Below are positions 43,773-56,236 of a DNA stretch of 64,000 nucleotides, piece by piece. How positions within the stretch are numbered: position 1 is the stretch's first letter; the number at the start of each line of letters is the position of its first letter. Under the pieces are notes generated by a model, which did not search any database, was not told where the DNA came from, and was given only the letters and a program-made list of their open reading frames with translations. The position numbers were made by a program, and so were the translations under genes. This DNA comes from an uncultured Rivularia sp. (GTDB taxonomy: Bacteria > Cyanobacteriota > Cyanobacteriia > Cyanobacteriales > Nostocaceae): the NCBI GenBank assembly GCA_963665115.1, contig OY762007.1, forward strand, positions 5,760,001 through 5,824,000, in the 5' to 3' direction.

Positions 43773-46440
43773 TTAACCTTCTGCCGATTCTACCAATTGC
43801 ACGGTAGTTGCAGGTGCAGAGACTTTAACGACGGCTTTTTTGCTAAACGTTAACCCGCTTTTACCTCTATCAATGATGATTGTGTCACCAGGTAAGAAGG
43901 TGTTTTCTAATATCTTGGTGGCGAGGGGGTTTTCGATTTCTCGCTGAATTGCTCGTTTAATTGGACGAGCGCCGTATGTTGGATCGTAACCAATTTCTAC
44001 TATTTTTTCGCAAGCTGCTGGGGTAATTTCTACAGAGATTTTTTGATCTGATAATAGGTTTTCTACCCGTTTTAGCTGAATGCGGGTAATATCTCCCATT
44101 TGTTTTCTACCCAAAGCATGGAAAATTATTAAGTCATCAATACGTTGGACAAATTCAGGGACGGAAGTGTTTTCGTAAGGCTCCCATAACTCGATTCCGC
44201 ATTTTTTCGTACTGCGAATCATCGCCGGATATATCTAATATATGTTCGCTACCGATATTGCTCGTCATCACGATGACGCTGTTGCGAAAGTCTACGAGTC
44301 TTCCTTGAGAATCAGTAATTCTACCGTCATCTAAGACTTGCAACAATATATTAAATACATCTGGATGAGCTTTTTCCACTTCGTCAAGCAGTATCACAGA
44401 ATAAGGACGACGGCGCACTGCTTCGGAAAGTTGACCGCCTTCTTCAAAACCAACGTATCCCGGTGGCGCTCCTACTAAACGCGATACAGAATGCTTTTCC
44501 ATGTATTCCGACATATCCAAACGCACCATTGCATCTTCGGAATCGAACATGAATTTTGCTAAAGCCCGCGCCAATTCTGTTTTACCAACACCCGTAGGTC
44601 CCATGAATAAAAACGAACCAATGGGGCGTTGAGGATCTTTCATTCCCGCACGAGCGCGACGAATTGCAGCCGATACTGCCGATACTGCTTCATCTTGTCC
44701 GATGACTCTTTGATGGAGATGATCTTCTAACTGCAATAATTTTTGTCTTTCCGACTCTAATAGGCTATTTATCGGAATTCCCGTCCATTTCGCCACAATT
44801 TCGGCAATATCGTCTTCCGTTACCTGCTCTCTGAGCAAACTAGAGCCTTTGCTTTGAACTTCTAATAGTTTCGCTTCCTTGACTTCGCGATCGCGCTGTA
44901 CTCCTTCTAATTTGCCATATTTTAATTGCGCTGCGGTATTAAGATCGTAAGCACGTTCGGCTTGTTCAATTTGAACTCTAAGCTTCTCTTCTTCTTGCTT
45001 CAAAGCACTGATTTCTTCTAATACCTGCTTCTCACCCTGCCACTGTTCGTTAAAGTCTTCCTGCTTTTCCGTCAAATCGTCAATTTCTTGCTCGATTCTT
45101 TCTAACCGTTGCTGCGTCTGAAAAGTCGCTTTTTCTTCTCCTGCTAAAGACAGCTTTTCCATTTCTAGCTGCATTAACCGACGTTCAATATTTTCTAATT
45201 CCGCAGGTTTGGAAGTAATTTCCATTTTCAACTGCGCTGCTGCTTCGTCTACCAAGTCAATGGCTTTATCTGGTAAAAAACGGTCGGAAATGTAACGCGC
45301 TGATAATGTAGCTGCTGCAACTAAAGCAGAATCAGAAATTTTAACGTTGTGGTGAACTTCATAACGTTCCTTAAGTCCCCGCAAAATAGAAATCGTATTT
45401 TCCACGCTAGGTTGAGTAACCAAAACTTGTTGAAACCGTCTTTCTAAAGCCGGATCTTTTTCAATATATTTTCTATACTCATCCAAAGTAGTCGCACCAA
45501 TACAGCGCAACTCACCCCGCGCTAACATCGGCTTAAGTAAATTACCAGCATCCATCGAACCTTGCTGCCCCGAACCCGCACCGACTACCGTATGTAGCTC
45601 ATCAATAAATAAAACTATTTGACCAGCAGATTCAGTAACTTCGCGGAGAACAGCTTTTAATCTATCTTCAAACTCACCGCGATACTTTGCTCCAGCAATC
45701 AAACTACCCATATCCAAACCGATGATTTGCCGGTTTTTCAGCGATTCGGGAACATCACCATTAATAATTCGTTGAGCCAAAGCTTCGGCGATCGCCGTTT
45801 TTCCAACTCCAGGCTCCCCAATCAACACGGGATTATTTTTACTGCGACGAGATAACACCTGAATCACGCGGCGGATTTCATCATCTCGTCCAATCACCGG
45901 GTCAAGTTTACCAGCTTTTGCTTGCTCGGTTAAATCTCTACCAAATTTTTCTAAAGCTTCATAGCGAGATTCGGGATTTTGGTCAGTTACCTTTTGTTTA
46001 CCCCGCACATTTTTAATCGCAGCTTCTAAATCTTCACTAGTAGCATTTAAACTTCTAAATATTTTTCTACCAATACGTTCCTCTTCAGCAAAAGCCAGCA
46101 GAAGATGCTCCACACTAATATAAGCATCATTCATACTATCCTTAGCATCTTGGGCACCATCAAGCATCCGGTCAAGACCTTTGCCCAGGTATAATTGCTC
46201 GCTTCTGCCTACCTTCGGCTGACGGCGAGTAAAATCTTCAAGCATCTGCTGTAACTGCTCAATCTCCACCTCTGCACGACTTAGAACCTTATGAGCCAGC
46301 CCATTATCTTGTTCCAAAAGAGCCAGCATCAAATGTTCTACATCTAACTGCTGTTGATTGTAAGCACGGACAATATCCTGAGATTTAACAATTGCTTCCC
46401 AGGCTTTGTCAGTAAATTTATCTGGATCTGTTGGCTGCAT
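43773..46440 (-). CDS. clpB: ATP-dependent chaperone ClpB, split by one extra base at 44158-44160
   Basis: Two AAA modules ([16 protein letters not shown]) and a middle coiled coil; correction gives FRPEF. Confidence 0.96.
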
Positions 46441-46471
46441 ATTAAGAATTTTAGATTTTAGATATTATAAA

Positions 46472-46637
46472 GATTGATAGTTGATAGTTGATAGTTGTTA
46501 GTTGATGGTTGATAGTTGTTAGTTGATAGTTGATGGTTGACGATGCATACCCTGCGGGTGAAAGTAGATAGTTTATAACCACTAACTACTAACCACTAAC
46601 CACTAACCACTAACCACTAACCACTACTTACTAACCA
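46472..46637. repeat. Inverted STRR arrays (GTTGATA)n ... (CCACTAA)n
   Basis: Two heptamer blocks in roughly complementary orientation. Confidence 0.88.
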
Positions 46638-46645
46638 TTCCTAAT

Positions 46646-48226
46646 TTAAAACGAAAACGTTGACCTTAACGTAGTTTGCCAAATAGTACCTCGATCGCTG
46701 TCGTTATCGGGGTTAACTACTAAAGAAATTACGGGAGTAAAGCTAAGATTATCGCTTAGTCGCAGATTATAAAATGTCTCGAAGTTAGTTTGAGTCGCAT
46801 TTCCCACACCATCGGTAACAAAGGGTTGTCCAATTGCGACACCGGCAATGGTACCGGGAATGCCAATGTTACGCAAGCCAACACCAATTGTCCAGCTAAC
46901 GGGTTTTACATCTAAATTTTGATTTAGTGCAGTGTTAAATCCTTGATAATCACCGATTCCTAAACGACCAAAAATTCCCGTATTGCGGTTGAGAGCGTAT
47001 TCGGCATTTACGCCATAAGCATTAATATCGGTATCGTCAATTTCGGCATTTGTATATTGCAGTTTTAAAGTTAGTTTATCGCTAAAAGTATATTCTAATT
47101 CAGCACTGGCTTGATGTGGGTCGCCAAATAAGCCTTTATCATCTGAATTTTGATCGGCATCCCCAGCAATATAAAGTGAACGAAAAGCAACTTTACTATT
47201 TTTAGGTTTCCAGACAACAGCAGCACCAGCACCACCATTCCTGTCAATTCGATTTTGGACAATCAAAGGATTATTCAGAAAAATTCCCGAACTAAAATCA
47301 GCAGCTTCATCATTTGCATAGCGATTACCGTCAATAAAATCTCGCGGAGACATTTTCGCTCCCACAGTTACCGCTAAATCCGACGAAGGACGTAAAGTAT
47401 AATGCAAACGTCTGAGTTTAACATCATCTTCAACGTCAGTAAAATCAAGTCCCCCAGCATTAGCAAAAATACCATCGCTTCCTAATAAATTAGCATCTTG
47501 CTTTTGTGCTAAACCAACAGCATCACCACCGTTATTCCCAGATTCCAACTGAGTAACTAATAAATCTTTTTGACTAAAACTAGTTTCAAAAGTCAATCTA
47601 GTTCGAGAAACCACCGTAAAATTAGCTCTTCTTCCATCCGTTAAACCTACAATCTGCTGTCCTTTTAACTTAGTAGTAGTAGAAAACTGATTAGCTTGTA
47701 ACTTTGAAGAACGAGATTCTATATCATTTAACCGCGTTCGTAAATCCTGCAAAGCCTGAGAGTATTCTTTTTGCAAACGTTGTAAAGTGATTCTATCTCG
47801 CAGAATATACCTATCACCCATCGAACTAGTAATCAAATTTTCCACCTTATCCAAAGTCGCAGCTAAACCAGCAGCAAACTCATAACGAGTAAGAGCGCGA
47901 TTTCCCCTAAAAGTCCCATCCGGCAAACCCAGCTTTACGTCATATTTTTCGATCAAAGATTTCAAAGCTTGATAAGCCCAATCAGTTGGTTTTACGTCGG
48001 AGAGTTCGTCTACTGAAGTTGATTGGGAGAGAAAAGAGGGGGAAGAGGGGGAAGAACTTGTAATTTCTAACCTTTGACCTTTAACCTCTAACCTTTGTCT
48101 TCCTTCATAAGCTGCTTCTGAGGGAAGACAAAGCTGACTAAAAATTCCATAGCCAACTAAAGCCGCTAACAGCTTTGGAGAACGAATTATTTGCTTAAGA
48201 AACTGCTTCACGCTCAACTCCATCAC
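46646..48226 (-). CDS. SLH-domain outer-membrane porin (OprB/SomA-like)
   Basis: 'LSDVKPTDWAYQAL', 'TRYEFAAGL', 'QFSTTTKL', terminal FSF. Confidence 0.93.
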   Translation of the reverse strand: MMELSVKQFLKQIIRSPKLLAALVGYGIFSQLCLPSEAAYEGRQRLEVKGQRLEITSSSPSSPSFLSQSTSVDELSDVKPTDWAYQALKSLIEKYDVKLGLPDGTFRGNRALTRYEFAAGLAATLDKVENLITSSMGDRYILRDRITLQRLQKEYSQALQDLRTRLNDIESRSSKLQANQFSTTTKLKGQQIVGLTDGRRANFTVVSRTRLTFETSFSQKDLLVTQLESGNNGGDAVGLAQKQDANLLGSDGIFANAGGLDFTDVEDDVKLRRLHYTLRPSSDLAVTVGAKMSPRDFIDGNRYANDEAADFSSGIFLNNPLIVQNRIDRNGGAGAAVVWKPKNSKVAFRSLYIAGDADQNSDDKGLFGDPHQASAELEYTFSDKLTLKLQYTNAEIDDTDINAYGVNAEYALNRNTGIFGRLGIGDYQGFNTALNQNLDVKPVSWTIGVGLRNIGIPGTIAGVAIGQPFVTDGVGNATQTNFETFYNLRLSDNLSFTPVISLVVNPDNDSDRGTIWQTTLRSTFSF

Positions 48227-48434
48227 ACTTACACAATTAAGTATAATTGTTGACTTTTGGATAATTCTTTTGTTTCTGGCTAGATCGCGATAAAATCATT
48301 AGAAATTCAATTCAACGAGATCGGAAGACTAGAAAAAACACGGAAATATTGCTGCATTAAAAATTCCCAACTTCCGATTTTTAACTCTATAACTCCTCAC
48401 TCTTAACTCTTAACTAATCTCAAATCTCCGCTTA

Positions 48435-49835
<1,401 letters not shown>

Positions 49836-49872
49836 TTTTGGATTTTAGATTTTAGATTTTGGATTGAATTTG

Positions 49873-49907
49873 AGAAACCCGGTTTTTTTTGAAAGAGCCG
49901 GGTTTCT
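49873..49907. terminator. Hairpin after eno
   Basis: 10-bp stem AGAAACCCGG/CCGGGTTTCT. Confidence 0.55.
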
Positions 49908-49908
49908 T

Positions 49909-50842
49909 GGTTCGTAGTTGCGCTTTAGCGCCAAATCAATATGTTACACATTATCTAGCTGTAAATTAAAGCTGGTTTGTAGGTTGGGTTAAGCGAAAAA
50001 TAAATTATGGTTTTCAACGAGAAATTTATCTTTTTCGCTGTAACCCAACATTAATGCTGTGAGATTATGAATCGAGAATTGAGGTATTAGAAATTAAGAG
50101 TTAAATTCTAATATTTTATCCATAATCTTGATGTTGGGTTACGACACGAGAATATAAATTCGGGTTACTTTCTTTAATTGATTTTCGTGTCTAACCCAAC
50201 CTACGAGCTACTCAATATTTTGTTTACAATCGAGATAGATCGGGACTTAAGATATTGTTACAAATAGTTGATGGTGCGTGACGCATTGAGTTAATTTGAA
50301 CGTAGCAATAAGCTTTGTAGCGTCACGCACCCTACAAGAAAAATGTGCTAGTTGCGTAAGTAAAGTATGAGCTTCACTCAACTTACCAATTTCTATTTTT
50401 TACCCTTACCTTTTATTAATTCCCCTAACTTGTCAATCTCGTCAGGGCTGTATAATTTTTGATTCGGTCTTGCATTCAATTTATCCATTAATACGTGAAA
50501 AGCTTCCGTATCTCCTTGATTAGTCTTTAAATACGCTTTTAACTGCTTGATACTCATGTTCTGAAAATCATTCATCTTCAACCCTCCAATTCCCGTCTTT
50601 GAGTACGCAATTTATCTTTAACCCGCGCAGGCGGGTTTTGCTTGTGTAGCCGTGGTTTCAACCGCCAGGTAACTTTTGTTTATTCAAAAATCTTGATGTT
50701 GGGTTACGACACGATAATCTAGATTCGCGTTGTAAATTTAATTTTTTTTTCGTGTCTAACCTAACCTACAAACTGTCGTGACAAGGTAAAAATAGTGCAT
50801 TAAATTTCTGGTTTATGAGGCGCTAAAGCGCGACTACGAACC
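49909..50842. mobile_element. Nested REP-bounded cassette
   Basis: Outer 24-bp inverted repeat (23/24); inner GTAGGTTGGGTT/AACCCAACCTAC-type arms; further hairpin families inside. Confidence 0.7.
50393..50575 (-). CDS. DUF6887-like small protein
   Basis: 'F..MS..QLKAYL......EAF..L.DKL' pattern; start at MNDF inferred. Confidence 0.65.
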   Translation of the reverse strand: MNDFQNMSIKQLKAYLKTNQGDTEAFHVLMDKLNARPNQKLYSPDEIDKLGELIKGKGKK

Positions 50843-50884
50843 TTTCCTATTTCTGTAATTTTTTCCCCAATCCCTCATGCCCAA

Positions 50885-51943
50885 TTAAGGATAAAAACCC
50901 AAACTTGGCAATCCCAGCATTTCATCCCAACCCATCATGATGTTTAAACACTGAATTGCTTGTCCGCTCTGTCCTTTAATCAAATTATCAATCGCTGACA
51001 TCACAATCACGCGGCGAGTGCGGGAGTCAACTTCTATACCCAAATAGCACAAGTTACTGCCGTGAGTCCATTTGGTTTGGGGATAAATTCCTGGTTCGCA
51101 AATTTTTACCCAAGAAGAGTGACGATAAAAGGCTTTATATATGGTAATTAAGTCGTCTCTCACTAATCCGGGGTCGCGCAATGTTGCGTATACTGTTGCT
51201 AAAATTCCGCGCACCATTGGTATGAGGTGATGGGTAAATTGTACGGTGACTTCATGTCCTGCTAAATCGCTGCAAATCTCTTCTATTTCTGGGGTGTGAC
51301 GGTGGCGAGCGACGTTGAAAGCTCCGAGTGTGTTGTCTGCTTCGGATAGTAATAAATGAGTTTCGGCTTGTCTTCCAACCGTTGAAGTGCCGCCTTTGCC
51401 GTCGATAATGGCGCTTTCGGGTACGATTAATCCTTGTTTGAGGAGGGGTGAAAGTGCTAGCAAACTGGCTGTAGGATACGAACCGGGACAGCCTACTAAT
51501 TGAGTGTCGGAAATGCGATCGCGATAAAGTTCTGGTAGTCCGTAAATGGCTGTGTTGGCGGTTTCTATGTCTTGACGCTGTTTGCCGTACCAATTACTGT
51601 AAGTTTTCAAGTTGCTAAATCGATAATCTGCTGACAAATCGAGGACTTTACATCCGTATTCGAGCAGTTTTGGTGCAATTTCGCAAGCTAATCCGTTGGG
51701 TAGCGATAAAAAAACGATTTCGCAGCGGCGTGCAATTGCTTCGGGCTTTACTGCTTCAACTTTGAGGTTTACTACGTGGGCTAAGTGAGGATAAATATCG
51801 CTAAAAGATTTTCCCGCACTACTTTCGCCGCCTAAATAAACCAGTTCTAGTTCTGGATGATTTAGTAGCAGTCGCACCAACTGAACTCCACCATATCCTG
51901 ACGCGCCAATAATTCCCACGGGTACGCGCCTAAAATTGCCCAT
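50885..51943 (-). CDS. argC: N-acetyl-gamma-glutamyl-phosphate reductase homolog with Ser at the catalytic Cys position
   Basis: [39 protein letters not shown]; but PGSYPT instead of PGCYPT. Confidence 0.9.
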   Translation of the reverse strand: MGNFRRVPVGIIGASGYGGVQLVRLLLNHPELELVYLGGESSAGKSFSDIYPHLAHVVNLKVEAVKPEAIARRCEIVFLSLPNGLACEIAPKLLEYGCKVLDLSADYRFSNLKTYSNWYGKQRQDIETANTAIYGLPELYRDRISDTQLVGCPGSYPTASLLALSPLLKQGLIVPESAIIDGKGGTSTVGRQAETHLLLSEADNTLGAFNVARHRHTPEIEEICSDLAGHEVTVQFTHHLIPMVRGILATVYATLRDPGLVRDDLITIYKAFYRHSSWVKICEPGIYPQTKWTHGSNLCYLGIEVDSRTRRVIVMSAIDNLIKGQSGQAIQCLNIMMGWDEMLGLPSLGFYP

Positions 51944-52128
51944 GTTTAAAAATTCCTATCCTATTAAAATGTTATGTAATTAAGTCTTCGTAACATAAGA
52001 GAGCGTTGTAGACACTTCTGCTATGTTATCGAATCATTGCTACTATGCTTCGCGGTTTCACAAAAGAGCTACAATGTGAGATAAGATTTATTAAAAAAAA
52101 TTAACGTTCGCTCTTCGAGAAATTCTCT

Positions 52129-53854
52129 GTGTCGCAGCATAATATCGAAACGCACTCTCCGCAAGGTGGGGAAACCACCCCGGTTACTACCGATTCAACC
52201 CAAGTATTTAAATTTGATTCGATTGATACCGCACTGGCTGACTTGAAAGCTGGTCGCTGTGTGGTGGTGGTGGATGATGAAAATCGAGAAAATGAAGGCG
52301 ATTTGATTTGTGCAGCCCAGTTTGCAACACCAGATACAATCAACTTGATGGCAGTAGAAGCGCGAGGTTTGATTTGTTTGGCAATGACTGGCGATCGCCT
52401 TGATGAATTAGATTTACCTTTGATGGTGAAAAACATCACCGATACCAATCAAACTGCTTTCACTGTCAGCATTGACGCTGGGCCGGAACTAGGCGTTACT
52501 ACAGGAATTTCCGCCGAAGATCGCGCTCGCACGATTCAGGTAGCGCTCAATCCCCATACCAAGCCGGAGGATTTACGCCGTCCAGGTCATATTTTTCCAA
52601 TTCGCGCTCGAAAAGGAGGCGTACTTAAAAGAGCGGGACATACAGAAGCTGCTGTCGATTTATCTCGATTAGCCGGTTTGTATCCTGCGGGGGTAATTTG
52701 CGAAATCCAAAACCCCAACGGTTCGATGGCACGGCTACCAGAATTATTTGAGTATGCCAAGCATCATCAGATGAAAATTATCAGTATCGCGGATTTAATT
52801 AGTTATCGTCTGCGTTATGACAGAATAATTCAACGCGAAACCGTTGCCGATTTACCTACACAGTTCGGAAATTTTAAAATATACGCTTACCGCCACACTT
52901 TAGATAATAAAGAACACGTTGCTATTGTCAAAGGCGATCCGGAGACATTCGGCGATAAATCTGTAATGGTGCGGGTGCATTCCGAATGTTTGACGGGAGA
53001 TGCTTTAGGCTCCTTGCGCTGCGACTGTAGAATGCAGTTACAAGCAGCCTTGAAAATGATTGAGAATGCGGGAGAAGGTGTAGTTGTATATTTGCGTCAA
53101 GAAGGACGCGGTATTGGTTTAATTAATAAATTAAAAGCCTATTCCTTGCAAGATATGGGGTTGGATACCGTAGAAGCAAACGAACGCTTGGGATTTCCTG
53201 CCGACTTGCGCGACTACGGCATGGGAGCGCAAATGCTGATGGATTTGAACGTACATAATATACGTTTGATTACCAACAATCCTCGTAAAATTGCTGGTTT
53301 GAAAGGTTATGGTTTGGAAGTAGTTGATAGAGTACCTTTATTAATTGAAGCCAACGATTACAACACTCATTACCTAGCAACAAAAGCCAAAAAGCTTGGT
53401 CATATGCTGTTGCAGACTTATTTGGTAACATTAGCCCTACATTGGCAAGACGAGCCTTTATCGATTACCCAACGTTACGAACGTTTGGAAAATATAAGAA
53501 ATTTAGCAAAAACCCATCATTTATTGTTACAGGAAGAAACCCGTCCTTTGGGTTTAGCTTTATTTACCGAACCATCTTTAACAGTACACCTTGGTTTAGA
53601 CCAAGCCAACGTTGCTTCAGCAGATTGGTATCAAGAGAAAGACCATCCTTACGTGCAGGCAGTTACTAACATCCTTGATAAATTAGTTGAATTACCCTAC
53701 GTTCAAAAATTAGAATTTCTGATTTCACCTGGAGTAGACCCCTTTGAGTAAGCTACAGGTAAAGTTGGATAGACAAGCTTTTGAAATCAGTCAATTACCT
53801 TCTTCACTAAACGGTGAATTGGAAACCCAGAAGATTTATAGTTTTAGAAAGTAG
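52129..53854 (+). CDS. ribBA: Bifunctional DHBP synthase/GTP cyclohydrolase II, one extra base at 53739-53742
   Basis: 'DDENRENEGD', 'RVHSECLTGD..GSLRCDC', 'RQEGRGIGL'. The corrected frame reads on to TAG at 53852-53854. Confidence 0.95.
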
Positions 53855-53962
53855 AATTTTAAATTGTAGGGTGCTGTGACGGTTACAACAATTTATCATG
53901 TGTAATAGAATAATTTGGACATACCGTCACGCACCATTTATTAATTATGATAAGTTATGTAT

Positions 53963-54367
53963 TTAGTTCGTAGTAAGCGATTTATCGCTCTTTCCTAACC
54001 AAGAGACAAAAACCAAAATTAAATAAAGCAATCCAAACAAAGCACCACCATAAATCAGCCCTAAAGAAAGAGTTGAATTAAAAGTATAATTTGGATTATT
54101 TTCTAATAACTTATGAAGTCCAGAATGAATTATTATAAATACAGAAAGAGCAATCCGCGACCAACTTTTTATAAACTGAGATTCATTATTAGTCAACCAT
54201 AACAGCGCTGCAATCAGCGGTATATGAAGAATAACAAAAGCGACTGATGCAGTTTCTTCCGGCAGACTTCGTAATATAAATAAAAGTTTCCATTCAGATT
54301 GCGTCATTGCATCAAGTTCATGGGTGATAATTGTTGCAAAACCCAAATAAAAAAGTAGATTTTTCAT
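53963..54367 (-). CDS. DUF6713-like membrane protein
   Basis: 'HELDAM...EWKLL', four TM segments with His residues. Confidence 0.65.
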   Translation of the reverse strand: MKNLLFYLGFATIITHELDAMTQSEWKLLFILRSLPEETASVAFVILHIPLIAALLWLTNNESQFIKSWSRIALSVFIIIHSGLHKLLENNPNYTFNSTLSLGLIYGGALFGLLYLILVFVSWLGKSDKSLTTN

Positions 54368-54444
54368 TCTTTATTCAACTTATTTAAAATAATTTTTAGA
54401 TGTAGATTATGTTTGAAATACCGTAACGCAGCAAAATTAATCAA

Positions 54445-54766
54445 GAGACTTCCAAATTAAAAAATATCCAATTTAGTAGTGCGAGCATCTTGCTCGCTGT
54501 GTGTCTCTAGCAAGCAAGATGCTCTTATCTTTACCAACTACTTTTCGCTGTGTGTCTCTAGCAAGCAAGATGCTCTACTCTCTTTACCAACTACTTTTCG
54601 CTGTGTGTCTCTAGCAAGCAAGATGCTCTACTCTCTTTACCAACTACTTTTCGCTGTGTGTCTCTAGCAAGCAAGATGCTCTTATCTTTACCAACTACTT
54701 TTCGCTGTGTGTCTCTAGCGAGCAAGATGCTCGCACTACCTTGGAGAATTATTTTTTGGAATTCTC
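54445..54766. mobile_element. MITE-like element containing a 51/53-bp tandem array
   Basis: Ends GAGACTTCCAA/TTGGAATTCTC; inner GTAGTGCGAGCATCTTGCTCGC/GCGAGCAAGATGCTCGCACTAC; units start at 54494, 54545, 54598, 54651 and 54702. Confidence 0.8.
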
Positions 54767-54794
54767 GGTGCGTTACACTCCGCGACAACACACC

Positions 54795-55172
54795 CTACAT
54801 TTTTTCCTGCAAAACTCCTTCACGGAAATATAAAAACAACGGTAAACTACAACTTAAACCAATTCCAAAAGTCGCAACAACATAAATAATTAATCTGCTA
54901 CGAGATACACATAGTCGCTTCAATTCAAAAAACGAAAAGCACAAAAATACCAACGCACTAATCAGCAAATCTGTTCCAAATGCAGCCGCAGCATAATTAT
55001 CAAATTCCTTTTGAATTAACAACCCAATAGAAAAACCATTTTGAATAAAGAATTTTATTATTAAACTCCAAGGTGCAATAGTTCCAATAATTACCAGCAG
55101 TAAATAAAGCGATTTAGCTGAAAATAATTTACCAGATACAGAAGCTTGATTTTGATAAGTTGTATTGGACAT
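54795..55172 (-). CDS. DUF2834 membrane protein
   Basis: 'DLLISA', 'IGLSCSLPLFLYFRE'. Confidence 0.82.
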   Translation of the reverse strand: MSNTTYQNQASVSGKLFSAKSLYLLLVIIGTIAPWSLIIKFFIQNGFSIGLLIQKEFDNYAAAAFGTDLLISALVFLCFSFFELKRLCVSRSRLIIYVVATFGIGLSCSLPLFLYFREGVLQEKM

Positions 55173-55292
55173 AATTTTTATTTACCGATTCAAATTTAAT
55201 CGTCATTGTTGTTTTGATTATGATTGCTGTATTTCAGAGAAACAATTACCTTTGAGGTAATAAAGATATTGCTTTTGACTACAAATATTGCA

Positions 55293-56129
55293 ATGCAATC
55301 TACTCCAACTCAAGAAACAACTTTCGGAAATCTGCTAAAACACCATAGAAAGCAGCGAAATTTTAGCCAACTTGATTTAGCTTTAGCCAGCGATGTTTCT
55401 CAAAGACACATTAGTTTTCTCGAATCCGGTAGAGCAAATCCCAGTCAAGAAATGATATTGCAGCTTGCTAGCGTGCTAGATATTCCTTTACGGGAACAAA
55501 ACGTTATGCTCACAGCTGCGGGATTTGCACCGATTTACTCCGAAAGCAATTTATCCTCACCCGAATTTGAACCCATCCGCAAAGCTTTGGATTTTATTTT
55601 GCTTTCTCAAACACATTTACCCGTGTTGATAATGGATAGATACTGGAATTTAATTCAAAGTAATCCAGTTTCGCAACAGTTAATCAACTGGTTGATTGAT
55701 TCAGAAGACTTACACAATAATTTCTACATCGACAAAAAAATTAACTTGATGCGATTGATGTTGCATCCCCAAGGTTTAAAACCATTTGTCGCGAATTGGG
55801 AAGAAACAGCCAGCCATTTAATCAAAAGAGTTTATCGAGAAGCAATAACAAATGATAACAGCCAACAACCCAGGCTGCTTTATCAAGAATTCATGACATA
55901 TCCAGATATTCCACAATTGTGGAAACTTTCTAATTCACACACTTGGCAAATGCCATTATTAACCGTCAACTTTCTTAAAGACGGATTAAACCTGAACTTT
56001 TTTTCGGCGATCGCCACTCTAGGTACACCACAGGACATCATGTTACAAGAATTGCGAATTGAAACCTTATTCCCAGCAGATGAAATTACTCAAAAGAATT
56101 TAATCGAGTTAAATTTATTCTCAGTATAA
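55293..56129 (+). CDS. XRE-family regulator with MmyB-like ligand-binding domain
   Basis: 'SQLDLAL...VSQRHISFLESGRA.PS', 'TLGTPQDI.LQELRIE..FPAD'. Confidence 0.9.
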   Translation: MQSTPTQETTFGNLLKHHRKQRNFSQLDLALASDVSQRHISFLESGRANPSQEMILQLASVLDIPLREQNVMLTAAGFAPIYSESNLSSPEFEPIRKALDFILLSQTHLPVLIMDRYWNLIQSNPVSQQLINWLIDSEDLHNNFYIDKKINLMRLMLHPQGLKPFVANWEETASHLIKRVYREAITNDNSQQPRLLYQEFMTYPDIPQLWKLSNSHTWQMPLLTVNFLKDGLNLNFFSAIATLGTPQDIMLQELRIETLFPADEITQKNLIELNLFSV

Positions 56130-56236
56130 TTAAACTGATAAAAACTATATCTCTCTTTCCTTCTTACCTCCGCGCCCTTTGCGCCTTCTGCGGTTTTATA
56201 AATCCACAATTACCGCGAAAAATATTAATGCTACCC

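Noticed and set aside
54479..54885. Possible CRISPR array and small ORFs across it
   Set aside because: The spacers are near-identical (two variants of about 20 nt), no cas genes are present, and the ORFs are repeat translations.
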